Assembly (NCBI RefSeq): GCF_009914755.1 | Contig: NC_060932.1 | From: the human T2T-CHM13v2.0 reference genome, Homo sapiens | Direction: 5' to 3' (one strand) | Length of the DNA stretch: 64,000 bases | Shown: one piece after another, positions 1-14,949 of the stretch | Position numbering within the stretch: position 1 is the stretch's first letter | Layout of the letters: each line of letters opens with the position of its first letter | The notes under the pieces: model-generated | Seen by the model: only the letters and a program-made list of their open reading frames with translations | Databases searched by the model: none | What the model was told of the DNA's origin: nothing | Program-made: the position numbers and the translations under genes

Positions 1-1340
1 ACATATCCTGTAATTTTTCTGCTCATTCTTAGGTAACGTAGTCATAAGATCATGAGTCACAAAGCACTAACTCTGTTCTGTTTGTTTTATTTGTAACTGT
101 TCAGTACTCCGTTCAAGATATTAATAAGTCTTCTTCAATCTTCCATTAAAAGTCCTCTCCTTTCCTTGGATATGTACTTGGGTTGCAGGCTACCTTCAGG
201 GCTGGTTTCTTTTCTCTCACTCACTCACAAGTGAGTGACTTTTACTATTTTGGGCCTCTGGTTTGGGAGATAAGAGACTGAGAGATAAAGGGATAAAGAA
301 GACCTTACTTTAACTGGGCTACTTCAAGCTCTCTGGGCCTAGACAACGGTTAGAACGGACTCTTTCTTGGTACGTCAATGGATTCTTCACAACTTCCAGT
401 TATTGTCAACTCTTGAAACTTAGGTATCGTTACTTTATTTCTCAGGCTGCCACGTGCCTCTAAGCACCTGATTCTCTGGTGGCTTACTTCAGTTGCTGTT
501 CTTTTTGTGTTCTTATTGACTTGGGATAGGATTTTAAAGGGCTATGGCCCAGGTCTCTTTCTCATGAGTCTATATTTGCATCAAAGACACATTCTTGTAA
601 CCATTTTGCTCGCAAGACTAAGAAGGTGTAGGGGGATTCCAATGATGTCAGTTTATCCTGCTGCCATAGGATAGCTATTTTAGAGTCATATCAGGATCAC
701 ATGGAACACATAGAAAGCTCTTCCAAAGCTCCCTCTTGCTGTGATTGGGTGAAATTTTAGCATCTCTCTCACCAGCACTGCATCTCCCCATAGCCCCCAC
801 CTTTACTGGGGAGGACTCTGCAGTTCAACAGCTCTTTCTAAGGAAAATCTTACAAATCCTTCTTGTTTCTCTACTTTCTAACTTGGCTTATATCCTTGAT
901 CCTTCTGAAAGGTCCAAGATTTATGAAACCATGCCTCAGCTATCTCTTTTAAATTTTCCACATGAGAATCATCCCACATTCACAGTGGTATCTGATACGT
1001 CTTATAGTGATGCTTTTGTTGAAACTTCAGTATCACACCCTACTACAAAAACAATAAATTATCTCCATTAAACTATAGATTTAATCCTGAGGGATTAAAT
1101 CTGTAACTTTTTATAGAATGGGACCCACAAAGATTCCATTGTGAAGAATTACACTTTTAAGAAGATTGGAAAATTAATGCCCTAGTGAAACACTTTGTTC
1201 AAGAATGTGTCCATATTTCTAAGTGAATATTCTTTATTTAACAAAATATGAATCTGCTATGTGAATAGCACTGAGGTTATTTTTGGGCAAGTATCACTAC
1301 TATTGTGACCACTATTAAAGCCTACAGTCAGGTAACCAGA

Positions 1341-1499
1341 AAGCTATACAGGGAACTCCTTGCCCTTCAGATCTGGGCAAAATATTCTATTTTGTTGGAT
1401 TCCATGCTTCTCCCCCATTGTCTCCCAACATTTCATTATTTTTAGTAATTTTGTTAAAGATATGCAGGCTGATGACAGGCAGATGGAGGGATTATGTCA
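1341..1499. repeat. Left arm of ~160-bp inverted duplication (partner 2106-2268)
   Basis: Reverse complement aligns by eye to 2106-2268 with 8 substitutions and one 4-nt indel, including a 72-bp perfect run. Confidence 0.95.
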
Positions 1500-2105
1500 G
1501 CAAATGTTCAATTTTTTGACATCTCACAGAATCTGCGTCTTCCTCTCTCTTTCTCTTCCCTCCTTCTCCAGAGTAACTAGCAATTTCTTTCCCCCATTTT
1601 CTCAGATCAGTTCTATCCTTAGGCCTTGTTGGAGTTGTATCTTGCACACTCAGCCCTTTTCTAAGCAGATACAGTTCACTTCATAGTGGAAATTTTGGTG
1701 CATCTAATTTATCCTTCAAATTATATCAATAATAACCTAATCCACACTTGGAGAACACACTGCAGTTTATAAAACATGTGAATCTACATGGCCTTTTGTT
1801 TTTTTTTATTTTCTTAGGGTGCAGATAATATAGGCATTATTATTTGCACCTTATAGACATAGGACTGTTAAAATATTATCTGGATTAGTGGAATTTGTAA
1901 TAGAGGAGAGAAGACATATAAATTATAAATTATGAAAAAAGATAATTTTAAAAGTATGCATAAATAGTGTAATGTAGTATAGATTAGATAGCAATTACTT
2001 TGGATCTGATAAACCAGAGGAGACTTTGGGAAAGAGAAAAACATTTTTTCTGACTACTAAAAAGAGACAGCTTTTTTGTCCACTCAAAAACCTTTTTTGA
2101 AGGTT

Positions 2106-2268
2106 TGACATGATCCCTCCATCTGCCTGTCATCAGCCTGCATATCTTTAACAAAATTACTAAAAATAATGAAATGTTGGGAGAGAGACAATGGGGGAGG
2201 GACGTGGAATCCAACATGATAGAATATTTTGCCCAGATCTGAAGGGCAAGGAGTTCCCTATATAGCTT
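2106..2268. repeat. Right arm of ~160-bp inverted duplication (partner 1341-1499)
   Basis: Same alignment; flanked by the 15-bp inverted pair AAACCTTTTTTGAAG (2088-2102) / CTTCAAAAAAGGTTT (2266-2280). Confidence 0.95.
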
Positions 2269-3039
2269 CAAAAAAGGTTTCTAGAGAAGAAAATTCTAAG
2301 CAGATAGGTTTGTCAGAGTATGTAGGTGAGAAAGCAGGCAACATGTTTAAGAATATGACTGATTTCTAGGGGCTGAACTGCAGAAGGTTAGTTTGTGGCC
2401 AGTGGACGAGGGAATGGTTGCAGGGAAATTTAAAGTGCTGTGAACAATTTCCTCTTGTTTTATTTTCTATTTTCAATTAGATAAAAAAAACTGATAGTAA
2501 GTACCTATAACCAGATACATGTGAGGATTTGTGTTGGCACAATCAATCATTCATAGGCTCATTCTGTTTAAAAATTAAATCTATAGAAACTAACAGAGCT
2601 ACATGGAATTGTTTGTAAAAATATTTATTCTCATGGGTGTATTACTCTTATGTTACTGGCAACAATGTTAACAAGATGCAACTACTTTTTGGAATTATCT
2701 TATCAAAGGAGGGCATTTCCTATCATTTTAAATAAACATCCTCCCAAAGTTTTATATTGGAAAATCTGAATGCAGGTTCTTTCCTGTTACAGACAATAGT
2801 TAGAGGGTGTGTTGTTGATGGCATTAAAAGGTATATTAAGGAATTTGTACTTTATTTGCTGTGCAAAGCAGTATTTAAAGGTTTTGAACAGAGAAGGAAA
2901 TTGTCTAACCCTACTAGGTATGAGATACATAATCCAGTAGGTTCTTTAGTTTTTATAGATAAGAACATAGAATTTTTAAATCTGTCTACAATCTAGTGGT
3001 AGGTGAGAAGATATCTATCTAACATTGTTTCTTTCAAAA

Positions 3040-3560
3040 ATATTATTTAAGCACCTACTATGTGCCCAACACTTTTAGGGTCTGGACAGGCAGAAACCCT
3101 GCTGGTGATGGGCCAAGAATGTAATAGAGAGATAAACACCACCACCAAAAAACAAAGAAAAAAATAGTGAACATGATTATTTCAATTATTTATAAAGTGG
3201 AAAATTTCATACAAATAAGAACCAGAATAAGAAAATAACTTGTGTGTCAGCGTGGCTACTTAAGATTGGGAGGTAAATTTTGAGCTGAGACCTAAATGCC
3301 AGGAAGACACAAATCATGTGGAAATGGGTTGAAGAGATTTCCAGGCATGGAGTAGAATAAGGGGAAGCATCCCAAGGCAGGAGAAAGCTTAGGCTATTAA
3401 ACAGAAAAATAGCTGAGTAAGCAAGGATGGAATGAGAGGAAGTTATACAGGGAAGCACAGGCCAAGTCCTGGGCAGGCTGGGCCATGGAAATAACTTATT
3501 GTATTCTCAGTGTGATACGGGAAGCCATTGAAGGAGATTAATTTAGGAAGTGAGGCAGTC
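3040..3560 (-). mobile_element. L2 LINE fragment (ancient)
   Basis: TTTAAGCACCTACTATGTGCC matches the reverse complement of the L2 3' end, followed by purine-rich L2-like body; boundaries approximate. Confidence 0.6.
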
Positions 3561-3839
3561 TGATATTTATTTTAACTTTGATTTTTAAATTGACAAAATA
3601 GTTGTACATATTTATGAGGGACAGTGATGTTTTCATATATGCAATGTATAGTGATCACATCTGGGTAATTAGCATATCTATTATCTCAAACATTTATCAT
3701 TTGTGTTGGAAATAATCAATATTCTCCTAGCAATTTATAACTATATATTATTGTTAATTATAGTTATCATATGGTGCTATAAAACGCTAGAACTTATTTC
3801 TCCTATGTAGCTGTAATTTTGTATCCTTTAACAATATTA

Positions 3840-4353
<514 letters not shown>

Positions 4354-4887
4354 TCTGTTCTACTTATTTCTATGAGATCAATGTCTTCAGCTTTGGCATA
4401 TGACTGGGAACATGTGAAAGATCTCTCTGGCCTCTGTGTGGATAATTCTTTATAAGAAAGTAAAGAGAAACAATATGACCAGTAAGGATGCCATCTTAGT
4501 TTCCATGCTGGAGATGATTGGTGCTTGGGATAAGTTATGAGAGCATTTAGTGGCTTGGATTAGGTTGGGTTGGAGTCTCAAGTGGGTAGCAAATTTCTGA
4601 GGGAAAGAAAAAAGAACAACATGTCATTTTATCTGTGACAGCAGCATCATGAATCCTAATTATAATGGATTATGTAGACAAAAGATCATTCACATCTCTT
4701 TAAGGAGATATACCACCAGAACCAGTTTAGCATTACAAATCTATATAAAGGAATCAGTGATTTAGAAGGCTGTTGCTTAGAAAACACGGGTAGTTAATTT
4801 CATAGAGAAATCTTTGTTTTCATTTCCCAATGCTGGACTGCTAGCATAATGATTTCAAATATTCAAGATACATAAATGTATATTTAA

Positions 4888-5188
<301 letters not shown>

Positions 5189-5363
5189 TTATTAAAAATT
5201 TTAAAAATAAAATTATAATTATATATAATAAAATTATACAGATATGTAAAAAATTAGTACAGAAGAATTTTCAATGAAAAGCAGCAATCTCTTGCTCCAA
5301 CTGATCTAATCCCAGTCTTATTTCCTGGAATGAACTTTCAATACTCCCTTTTAGTTTTTCTGA

Positions 5364-5727
<364 letters not shown>

Positions 5728-6452
5728 TGATATATTTACTATAGATGTTGCTCGACTTTCTGCTGGAAACCTAACCTCAACATCAACCCATGTGCTAACC
5801 CTAACCTTATAATCTCACTTACATTGCCTGTCTCCCATATAATTACACAAATATTCTGAGTTTAACCAACTTCACTGGTTAACTTTGCAACCGCAAAAAG
5901 GTGACTTAAGTCACAATTATTTTCTCCATGGGTTACACCATGGGGTATATTGATAGTCCCTGTTCCCACCACCCATGTAACCTCTGTTACCTCTACTTTT
6001 TTTTATTGTCAGGATGAATAACATTCATTTCTTCGCTTTTATTATCTCTCAACAAAAAAGGGATTTAGAAAGTGAATATATAGAAAAGATTTTGAGAAAA
6101 ATTTGTTTTTGTTTTTTTTTCCTATTTCTATTGCTCGTGCAGCCTGCTCCTTCCATGTTTAGCTTTCTTGTGTTAAAGTAAACCATTTAGTATTTTTTTC
6201 TATGAGGTCTACGAGAGTAGCACATTCTTAAACTTTTTCTGAAAATATATTTTTTATGTTTACATTTGAGTGATAGTGTGACTTAGAGTAGAAATCAAGG
6301 ATAATAATTATTTCTTTTAGCACTTTGAAAATATGATTGCATTGTCTTATCAATGGGGTATCTGTTGCCAATTTGTTGATCCTGTTAGATGATGTGTTTC
6401 TGATTTTTAAATCTCTGGTGTGGTAGCAGATCCAGTAAGTTATCTGTGGCTA

Positions 6453-6780
<328 letters not shown>

Positions 6781-7415
6781 CTAGCATATGGGTTCACAGA
6801 TCTCACCTTCACAGTTTGGTTTAACTATGTGGTTAAGTTATACCAAGGTGTATGCGTATGCACCTTCAAGTAAGGGGCTTTAAAAAATGTACATGGACCC
6901 TTGCTTCCTACTTCCAGGGATGCCAAGAACTACAGAAGCTATACTGGACCCAGATACCCAACCAGTCCTAGAACACTTACCTACAGAACTATGCTGTCAT
7001 TATGGTGGCCAATAGTCACATGTGGCCATTGACTACTTAAAATACGACCAGTGCATCCGAGGAACTGAATTTTAAATTTTACTTCACTTTGAATAACTTA
7101 AATTTAAATGCTAATATTTGATTTGGGAGTTGAAAACTTTTGAAAATGTTTGTAACAATTTGGGTATGTGAATGTACTTTTTTCACAGTAAATGAAAATA
7201 TAATGTCCACATTGAGATCTGCTATAAATGTGAAGAATTTAAAGACTTAGCAAAAACATGTAAAATACAGTAATCCCCCCTTTTATCCATGGACGGGGGA
7301 TATGTTCTAAGACCTACAGTGGATGCCTGAAATTGGAACACATTTCTGTTATATCTTCCACACACAAATGTAATGCCTTTTCCATCTTAAGCTCTTACCA
7401 TGCACTGTGGTTGTA

Positions 7416-8369
7416 TTTTTTTTTTCCACATAAAGCTTTTTGAGTTTTATTTTTTTCCTCAGGTTGGAGATTCATCTTAACATGCATGCATTTTAAAACA
7501 CTAACAGTGTCTCGAACTGTTCAAAGCAGATATTAGGTAAGCACAAGGGATTGAAAATTCCTATTTAAAAAATGGAAGTTGCAGTGGGATATTGAAATCA
7601 CACACATGTGGTGGGGTGGTAGTTTGTCCTGCTTCCCCAAAAGCTGGGTTTAAACTTCATTAACATTTTTTGATTATGACGATCTGACCTGATACTGGGG
7701 TGTGCCGAGCAGCACTAGAGCTCCCCCAGACGGTGTTGGCTCCCGTCACCTCGCAAAGTGGCTTTGAGCAAGGGTAAGGGGCTCCTGTGGAAGCTTCCAC
7801 CCTGGCCTCTGCCTGGGATCTCGACACAAGCTGCTGAGTCTCCTCTTTCCCATGGGGAACATTCTAGAGGAGGGCGAGGGCCAAAGCACTACCCCCTGCA
7901 GATGGCTAGTAGACTTGGGGACAGCTGTCTAAATAAGTTTTCCCTTTGAGGACCCCCTGCCCACATGACTGCCAGAAAGAGGTGAGGCTTCCAGACTTGG
8001 GGTGGCCACAGGTTTAAGGTCAGAGCTCTGAAGGTTGTTAAAACACATTGTCCCTTCCGGCTCCAAACACCTGAGTAGCTCAAATGCTGGAGTGCTGCAG
8101 TTTTCTCTCTCCCACCCTGAATTGGTAAAAAGACAGCTGAAGGGGTAGGATTGCCTACTGAGTAAAGGCCTGTGTCTTTGGTCCACCTCCGCATGGTATG
8201 CCCTGGGAGACCATGAAGATGGGAAAGTCACAGGGCAGGGTTCTAGCCTAATGCCCTGAGCACTGCCAGGAGATCAGTTTGAGGCCTAAAGCACAGGCAA
8301 GAGAAAAGAGTGAAGCAGGGAGAGCGGACGAACAGCCTGTGGTGGGAACTTAGAGACTACCACTGACAA
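7416..8369 (-). pseudogene. Processed (retroposed) mRNA 3'-end fragment, parent gene unidentified
   Basis: T10 at 7416-7425, minus-strand AATAAA at 7446-7451, 13-bp TSD CACTGTGG(T/C)TGTA at 7403-7415 and 8370-8382; GC-richer, non-repeat sequence interrupting MER44. Confidence 0.82.
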
Positions 8370-8556
8370 CACTGTGGCTGTAATTTCTGCAGTTTGAGGT
8401 GGGCCAGCAAAACTAGCAGAGATTTCTTTTTCCTTCTTCACGATTTCATATATAGAAGGTTTGTTCTTACCGTAGATCTTAGCAACCTCAGTGTACGATT
8501 TTTTCTTTTCCTATTAAGTGAAGATCTTTCATGTTTTCATTTAAAAGAAGTACTTC

Positions 8557-8919
<363 letters not shown>

Positions 8920-9269
8920 TTAGGGCCATTATGAAGTAAAACTAAGAGTGACTGTGAGAACTGAAACCATGGAAAGTGAAACTGTAAATAAGGGAGGACT
9001 ACTGTATCTAATTATTTTTGTGTTGATTATACATTGAACTAAACTGATATTTTAGATATACTGCATTAAAGAAAGTAAAATATTAACATTAACTTTTTTA
9101 CTGTGGCTGCTAGAATTTTTAGAATTATATATGTGGCTTGCTTTATACTTCTATTGGATTGAGGTGCTTTCGATTATTACATGAGAAAAGAAAATGAATT
9201 TCAATCATTTTGAAAGCATTGTATTTCTTTTTACTTTGTAGCTAAACATATATATACCAAAACAAATAC

Positions 9270-10500
9270 CGCTGTTTTTACAATTTTTTTCTTTGTGTTT
9301 GATGTTCTATTGTTTCACTATGGTATGGCTAGGTATAGATTTACTTTGACTTATTCTGCAGAGGATTTGGTGTGCTTTTCTAATGTCTTAAATGCTGAAA
9401 AATCTATCTTTAGTCCTTTTAATGATTCTTCCTTTTTCTCTATTCTTCCCCCATTAGGAATGCTTATTTGATGTGTGTTGTGCCTTTTCTTTCTAGCCTA
9501 CATATAACTTTTTCCTTTTCTATGTGCTGAATTAATGTATTTTCTCAGATTTTTCTTTTAATTCATTAATTTTATTTTTGTTTGTACTGTTAAATCCACC
9601 CGTAATATTTCAATTTCCCTCATTGTACTGTTTATTTATGGCATTCTTTTTAATCTTTAGAAAAATCTGCCAGTTTTTTTCATATACTTGTCCTATACTT
9701 TCCTGTTTCTATTTCTTCTTTGTCTCTTTAAGCATTTTAAACATACTAATTTCAAAGCCTCTCTCATATTGCATTACTATTTCTAGTTTTAGACTGTACA
9801 TTTTCCTGTCTACTTGCATTTCCTAATGGTTCTTTAGTGTACTTCATTTCCTCACGCAATTTATCAAGTTTGGCTATGAATCCATTTTCAGCGATGGCCG
9901 TTTTCCATGAAAGTCCTTGCTACAAGTCTTGTTTGTAGAAGCATTCTTACAGTGTGATTTTGTACCGGTCTCTGATAAATTCTGAATCCATTTTTCATGC
10001 AAATTCCTTGGCTTGGAATTCACGTGTCCTTGGAGCGTATGAATTCAGATCTTATCCCTGCAAATGGCATTGGCCTGTATTCAGACTTTTTAAAAACGTG
10101 GACCTGAATGGATGGGAGCCTTCCTTGTCAAATACCAGGGTGTCATGTGGGGTTCTTCTAGACCATATTTACAGCTGGGAGAAGGCTTTGTGACTCCTGG
10201 CCTTATGCAGGAATCATGTCTCTGGATTCCTATGCTCTTGAGGGCAGTGGACTGGACTCCCCTCTCTGCAGGGAACAGACAGTATCCCATTCCCTAGTTT
10301 TTAAAACCCACTGTGATTTCCACAATACTGTGAGGTATTTTGCTTTCAGTCCACAGTAGCTGCTCTGTGATTTCAGCCTCCTTTTATTTCTATCACCTGA
10401 GAATTTTCTATTCTTGGTGCCAAGTTTAGTTATGGTTTCGAAAACTTAAATGTTATATTTTATTCAATTTTTCTCAATTCGTTTGAAGTGGTGTTGTGTG
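9270..10500 (-). mobile_element. Very old L1M/L1ME fragments
   Basis: T-rich degenerate L1-antisense-like sequence (TTTCACTATGGTATGGCTAGGTATAGATTT); boundaries vague. Confidence 0.45.
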
Positions 10501-10558
10501 TATATTTTTCCATCAACCTAATACGCCATTCCAGAAATATTTTGGTTGATGATATTTA

Positions 10559-11029
10559 TGTTACCAAACCAAACTGGATCTCTTTGTCCATGGGCAATGC
10601 CAAACACCAAGTGCTGGGTTTTTGCGGTAAGAAAGGTTTCGTGCAAGTCAACGGGCAAAGAGACAGGAGGAAATCTGTCTCCTTGAACTGGGGGCTGGGT
10701 TGGGTTTTATAAGCATAGGGTAATGAGGATGATCTGATTGGATCTTGCAGTGAGGTGAAGTGAAGGAGTGTTATCTAATTGGATCCTGCCATGGGGTGAT
10801 GCCAGAGCTCAATCTTATTGGATCCTGAATCCTGTCATGCAAAGTCCACTTCTTAATTCAGTCTATGCTTCTCTGCCCAAGCACTTAGGTTCTTGCTGTG
10901 GTTGCAAGCTTTGTTCATCTGGGCATGCTTAGGTTATGTGACCTTCAGTCTGAGGGTCTGTGGCAGCTGAAAAACAACTCACAACTCTGTTACATAAAAG
11001 TTCAACCAGATTGGCCTGGTGTGGCTACA
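10559..11029 (-). mobile_element. ERV1-class solo LTR
   Basis: TGTTACCAAACCAAACTGG...GTGGCTACA termini, repeated ATTGGATC (CCAAT on minus), TTTTATAAG; subfamily uncertain. Confidence 0.65.
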
Positions 11030-11289
11030 GTTACTCTTTCTAGTTTACAATGAAGTCTTCGATGTTTTTGTTGGTTAATCATGAAAGTTGAAAATTAATA
11101 AACAGAGCTGATATTATTACAGCTACATAGAGAAAGTTTACTTCAGAGCCATCTGATAAAATAGAATTTATTTTTGGGTGTAATATAATTGCCACTATGT
11201 CACTCAAAGGATAATTATTCTATCATCACATTAAAATACAGACAGGTATTGCCATAGGTTCTAGTCTTTGCTCATGAGACAATGTAGAC

Positions 11290-12095
11290 GGACAACTCAT
11301 AGGGTTCTCATGTTTCTGAACATCTCAAGAGCAGAGGCACTGACTCTCCCTTTTTCTCTGGATTATCTTTTCCAGATTGTATAGTAATCAGTCATGGAAG
11401 AAAGAGACAGTATCTTTTTTTCTGGAGCAAACAATCGGCATTCTTACTGCCCATTATAAAAGATTTGGGTTCTCTAAGCTCAGATTTCCGCTCTTGGAAT
11501 GCAAACCACTCCTGGTGCAGGCATCTGTCTGGGCCCCTTGATGTCACCCTTATGGGACTTGGGAGCAATGGGCTCTGACATAAATATGCTGATGCACATT
11601 GTATTAGTCCATGTTCACACTGCTATAAAGAAATATCCAAGACTGGGTAATTTATAAAGGAAAGAGGTTTAATTGATTCACAGTTCCACATGGCTGGAGA
11701 GGTCTCAGGAAACTTACAATCATGGCAGAAGGGGAGGCAGGCACCTTCTTCACAAGGCATCAGGAGGCAGAGCATGTGAAGGAGGAACTGCCAAACACTT
11801 ATAAAACCATCAGATCTGGTGAGAACTCACTCACTATCATGAGAACAGCATGGGGGAAACCGCCCCCATAATCCAGTCACCTCCCTGCTTCGACATGTGG
11901 GATTACAATTTAAGATGAGATTGGGTGGGAACACAGAGCCAAAACATATCACACATGCTGCATGCTTTGCGATGAGTGATAAACTTTTTATCTCTGACCA
12001 GCAGTCTTATATTTTCTTCCTGCATTCATGCATCTGTGGCATGCTGACATGTTAGTTTACAAGTTGGGTAAAATCTCAGACACTTTGTAGTTCTT
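11290..12095 (+). mobile_element. Old LTR remnant interrupted by an MST/THE1 LTR
   Basis: LTR-like sequence with TATAAAA (~11456) and ATAAAC (~11979), continuous across the MST insertion. Confidence 0.45.
11600..11951 (-). mobile_element. MSTA/THE1D solo LTR (ERVL-MaLR)
   Basis: TGTATTAGTCC...GACTGGGTAATTTATAAAGGAAAGAGGTTTAATTG...CATATCA; 5-bp TSD CACAT (11595-11599, 11952-11956). Confidence 0.92.
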
Positions 12096-13459
12096 GACAG
12101 AGATTTACAAGAGGTTACACTAGAAAGCTTCTGGAAACAACTTGACCTTTGTTTTTTAAAGGAACAACTTTTGACATAACTTTTTGCTTTCCTCCTCCCC
12201 TTGCACATGGTAGTAAATAAAGCCTGGAGTTATGTTAACTATCTTGAGGTCATTAGGTAAAGATGAATTCTGATGTCATTGAACCATTTAACAAATGTCA
12301 GTACCTTACCACCTTAATACTTTTTGATAATGTTAAGACAAAAGAAAAACAAATGAGCATAAACCAACACAAATCCCCAAACCCACGAAAATAAAACTGT
12401 TTAAGCCACTGTTAGCCAGGTCTTATATTTCTTTGACAAATGCCTTCAATACCATTGCCATTGGTCATTTCTCCAAGAAATCAATGTTTATTCTGTATAA
12501 GACATTATGCTAAGCACTACAGAGGATAAGAAATGTTAGCTATTATCTTGCCCTTGAGGAAGATAGAGCTTTTTTGAGAAAATGGTAATTAGCAAAACAA
12601 GGCAGTGATATAAATTTTTCAAGAGTGAAACAGGTAACAGGAGCTGTTGGAACTGAAGGGAAGGAGGAATGGCTGAACTTTACATGCTTGGAGGGCTGCC
12701 AAAACCATAGAGTGTGGGGAAGCCATTTCCTCATCTGGAAGATGAGAAAGCCAGCTACAATCAGATGTTTTTGAACTGTAATTTTAGCAGCAGAACTATT
12801 TTTGTAAATGAAATTTTACAGAGACCTTTAATCTATGAAACAGGTGAAAGCACAGATTCTTTGAAGTTTAAACCTGGAGTCAGCTCACTTGATCTTCCCT
12901 CACCAGTCTGTCTCTCCATTGCTCATTGCTCCCCACCCTTCCGAAGTTTATAATGCATCTCTCTGAAACCCCAAAGATCACAGGATACAATTTGAAAATG
13001 ATCAGGCATGATGATTGAAGAGAATTACAGAGCTAAAAGAAATGCATTCTACAAGGATCAGTCATATCCATTGAGTTTCAGTTGGGTAGTTCTGCTGACC
13101 CCATCAGCACAGTGCAAGACTCCAGCCAGGTCTTTATCCCTTGTTAACTTGGCTGGCCACGTAGTTACAGACAGCAGCCTAAGAAGAACTAGTAGCTTTG
13201 TAGACATCTGCTATTTGATCATAGCGTGGGGGATGAGTGAGGTCAGAAGATGTGAATGAATCAGTTCAAAATCCATCATCACTAACTAGAAAAACAACTT
13301 GCAGCTCATTCCTCACTGACTGCGGGTTGGTGACATCTCTCTACTTAGTAAGGGTGACAAGCATCTATTTGGAAATCAGTGTTTCGCACATCATGAAAGA
13401 AAAAATGCTTTTTGGATTAGCTCCCCCCTCAACTGCACCCCCACTATACCCAGAGGGAG

Positions 13460-14050
13460 AGGCTTTTGTGGTCATTAGCTTTTTCTGTGTTAAAGCTGCT
13501 TGGTCTGACTGGGCCATTTGATTTCAGGTTTATCCTAAAGCCACAAAAATCGAGTTGCTGGGTATTTACTTGGGATTAATGACCAGTTAAGAGCAGCTGT
13601 GCTTTATATCATTAACCCGACCCAGGTGCTAATTCCTGGAACATGCCCTGTAAGCAGGGGCCATTATTGCTATTTGAAGCTGCAAATGCTGCCTTAGAGA
13701 CTACAGACTTTATTTGAAGAGGAAGCCATTTTGATTGGTCAACACGTCATATTTCTGGAGAATTAATGCTCTGTGTATAAGCCAATCTGATTGCCTGGAA
13801 ACATCTCCCTGTACTTGTGCTGTTCAGCTGATAATCCACTTCTAGACACAGGGCAGCCGGCTGGAAACGGCAGCAGGTTCTATTTTTGGTACCTAAAATC
13901 AATGCCCCACTCTGGCAGCCTGGGCGGCTGCCTCATTATCCCCCCTGCCCGGTGCAATGAGCACAGCTTCCCTTTGTGGGAGATTAAAGCAAGTCAGGGA
14001 GTGTGATAAATGCTTTTAGTCATATCTGCTGTCATTTGAATAATACTAGG
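13460..14050. promoter_or_regulatory. Candidate enhancer-like repeat-free block
   Basis: Motif cluster TTCCTGGAA (13633), GGAACATGCCC (13638), GCCATTTT (13725), ATTGG (13734), CACGTCA (13743), CCAAT (13782); motif evidence only. Confidence 0.3.
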
Positions 14051-14949
14051 TGTCAGGAAGAAATACGTCCCTAGCGGATTTTAACCAACCAAACTCTTTT
14101 GATATTCTCTTTTTCCTTAGTGCAATAAGAAACAGCAACTTAGAAAACTGTAACCCTCCCCTCACCACCACCCCCAGAAAAAAACAAAACCAAAACAAAA
14201 AACAGCAAAACCTGTTTATATTTGTAGGCTAGGTTGGATAATCTTTCTGTAAAGACTTTTTTCATTTATCCAGTGATAGCCAGGGAGTGACTATTGGGTT
14301 GAGCAGGGACATTTCCTTTGTTTACCAGAAGAGAAAATGGCTCAGTTCTGCCAGAATCTTCCAGCCCTCTGGAACCTCAGATCACTTTTTCTAGCTAAAT
14401 CCCTATCTATATGCATTTAAGTTGGCTTTATTGAGTATGCTTATTCATGCTTCAGTTTTCCTACAGGTAAAATAGAAGAAAGATAAAGGTGTGATGAAAG
14501 GTATAATTGGTTGGAGTCCAGTGTAGGGCATGAGTCCTGGCTCCTCCCTACTCTCGGCAGGCTGGGATGCGAATGCTGGCTTCTTGTGTGGCCAAAACCA
14601 TCACAGGCAATGCTGAGGCCAGTGATGTTGGTCCTCAGCACCTCCCAGGTTCCCCATTTTGAGTCTATTTGCTGCACAGGTGGGTTCCCTTCCATTCATC
14701 CCTTCAGTTAAACAAGGGTCCTCAGATCCTCTCTCCTTATGCCCTGTTGAGATCAGCTCTCAGGAGGGAATCTGATGGATTGTTCATGATATAATATTGA
14801 CAGCAGGAATCTTCTAGGATAGTGGAAGACTGTTACACCTTGAACGCTGATTGGGCCTATCTCTCTGGTTGTGTAAAATCTGTGAATGACTCCCAGAGAC
14901 ACTAGTATCAGGCATTCTTGGATTCCAAGAATGCCTAAGCACTCTCTAC

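Noticed and set aside
745-1071. 108-aa ORF and similar 60-150-aa ORFs in unique DNA
   Set aside because: Many use non-ATG starts, none shows a recognisable domain or exon structure, and the lengths are expected by chance.
5768-5810. CTAACCCTAACC telomere-like motif
   Set aside because: Only about two units, too short to call an interstitial telomere.
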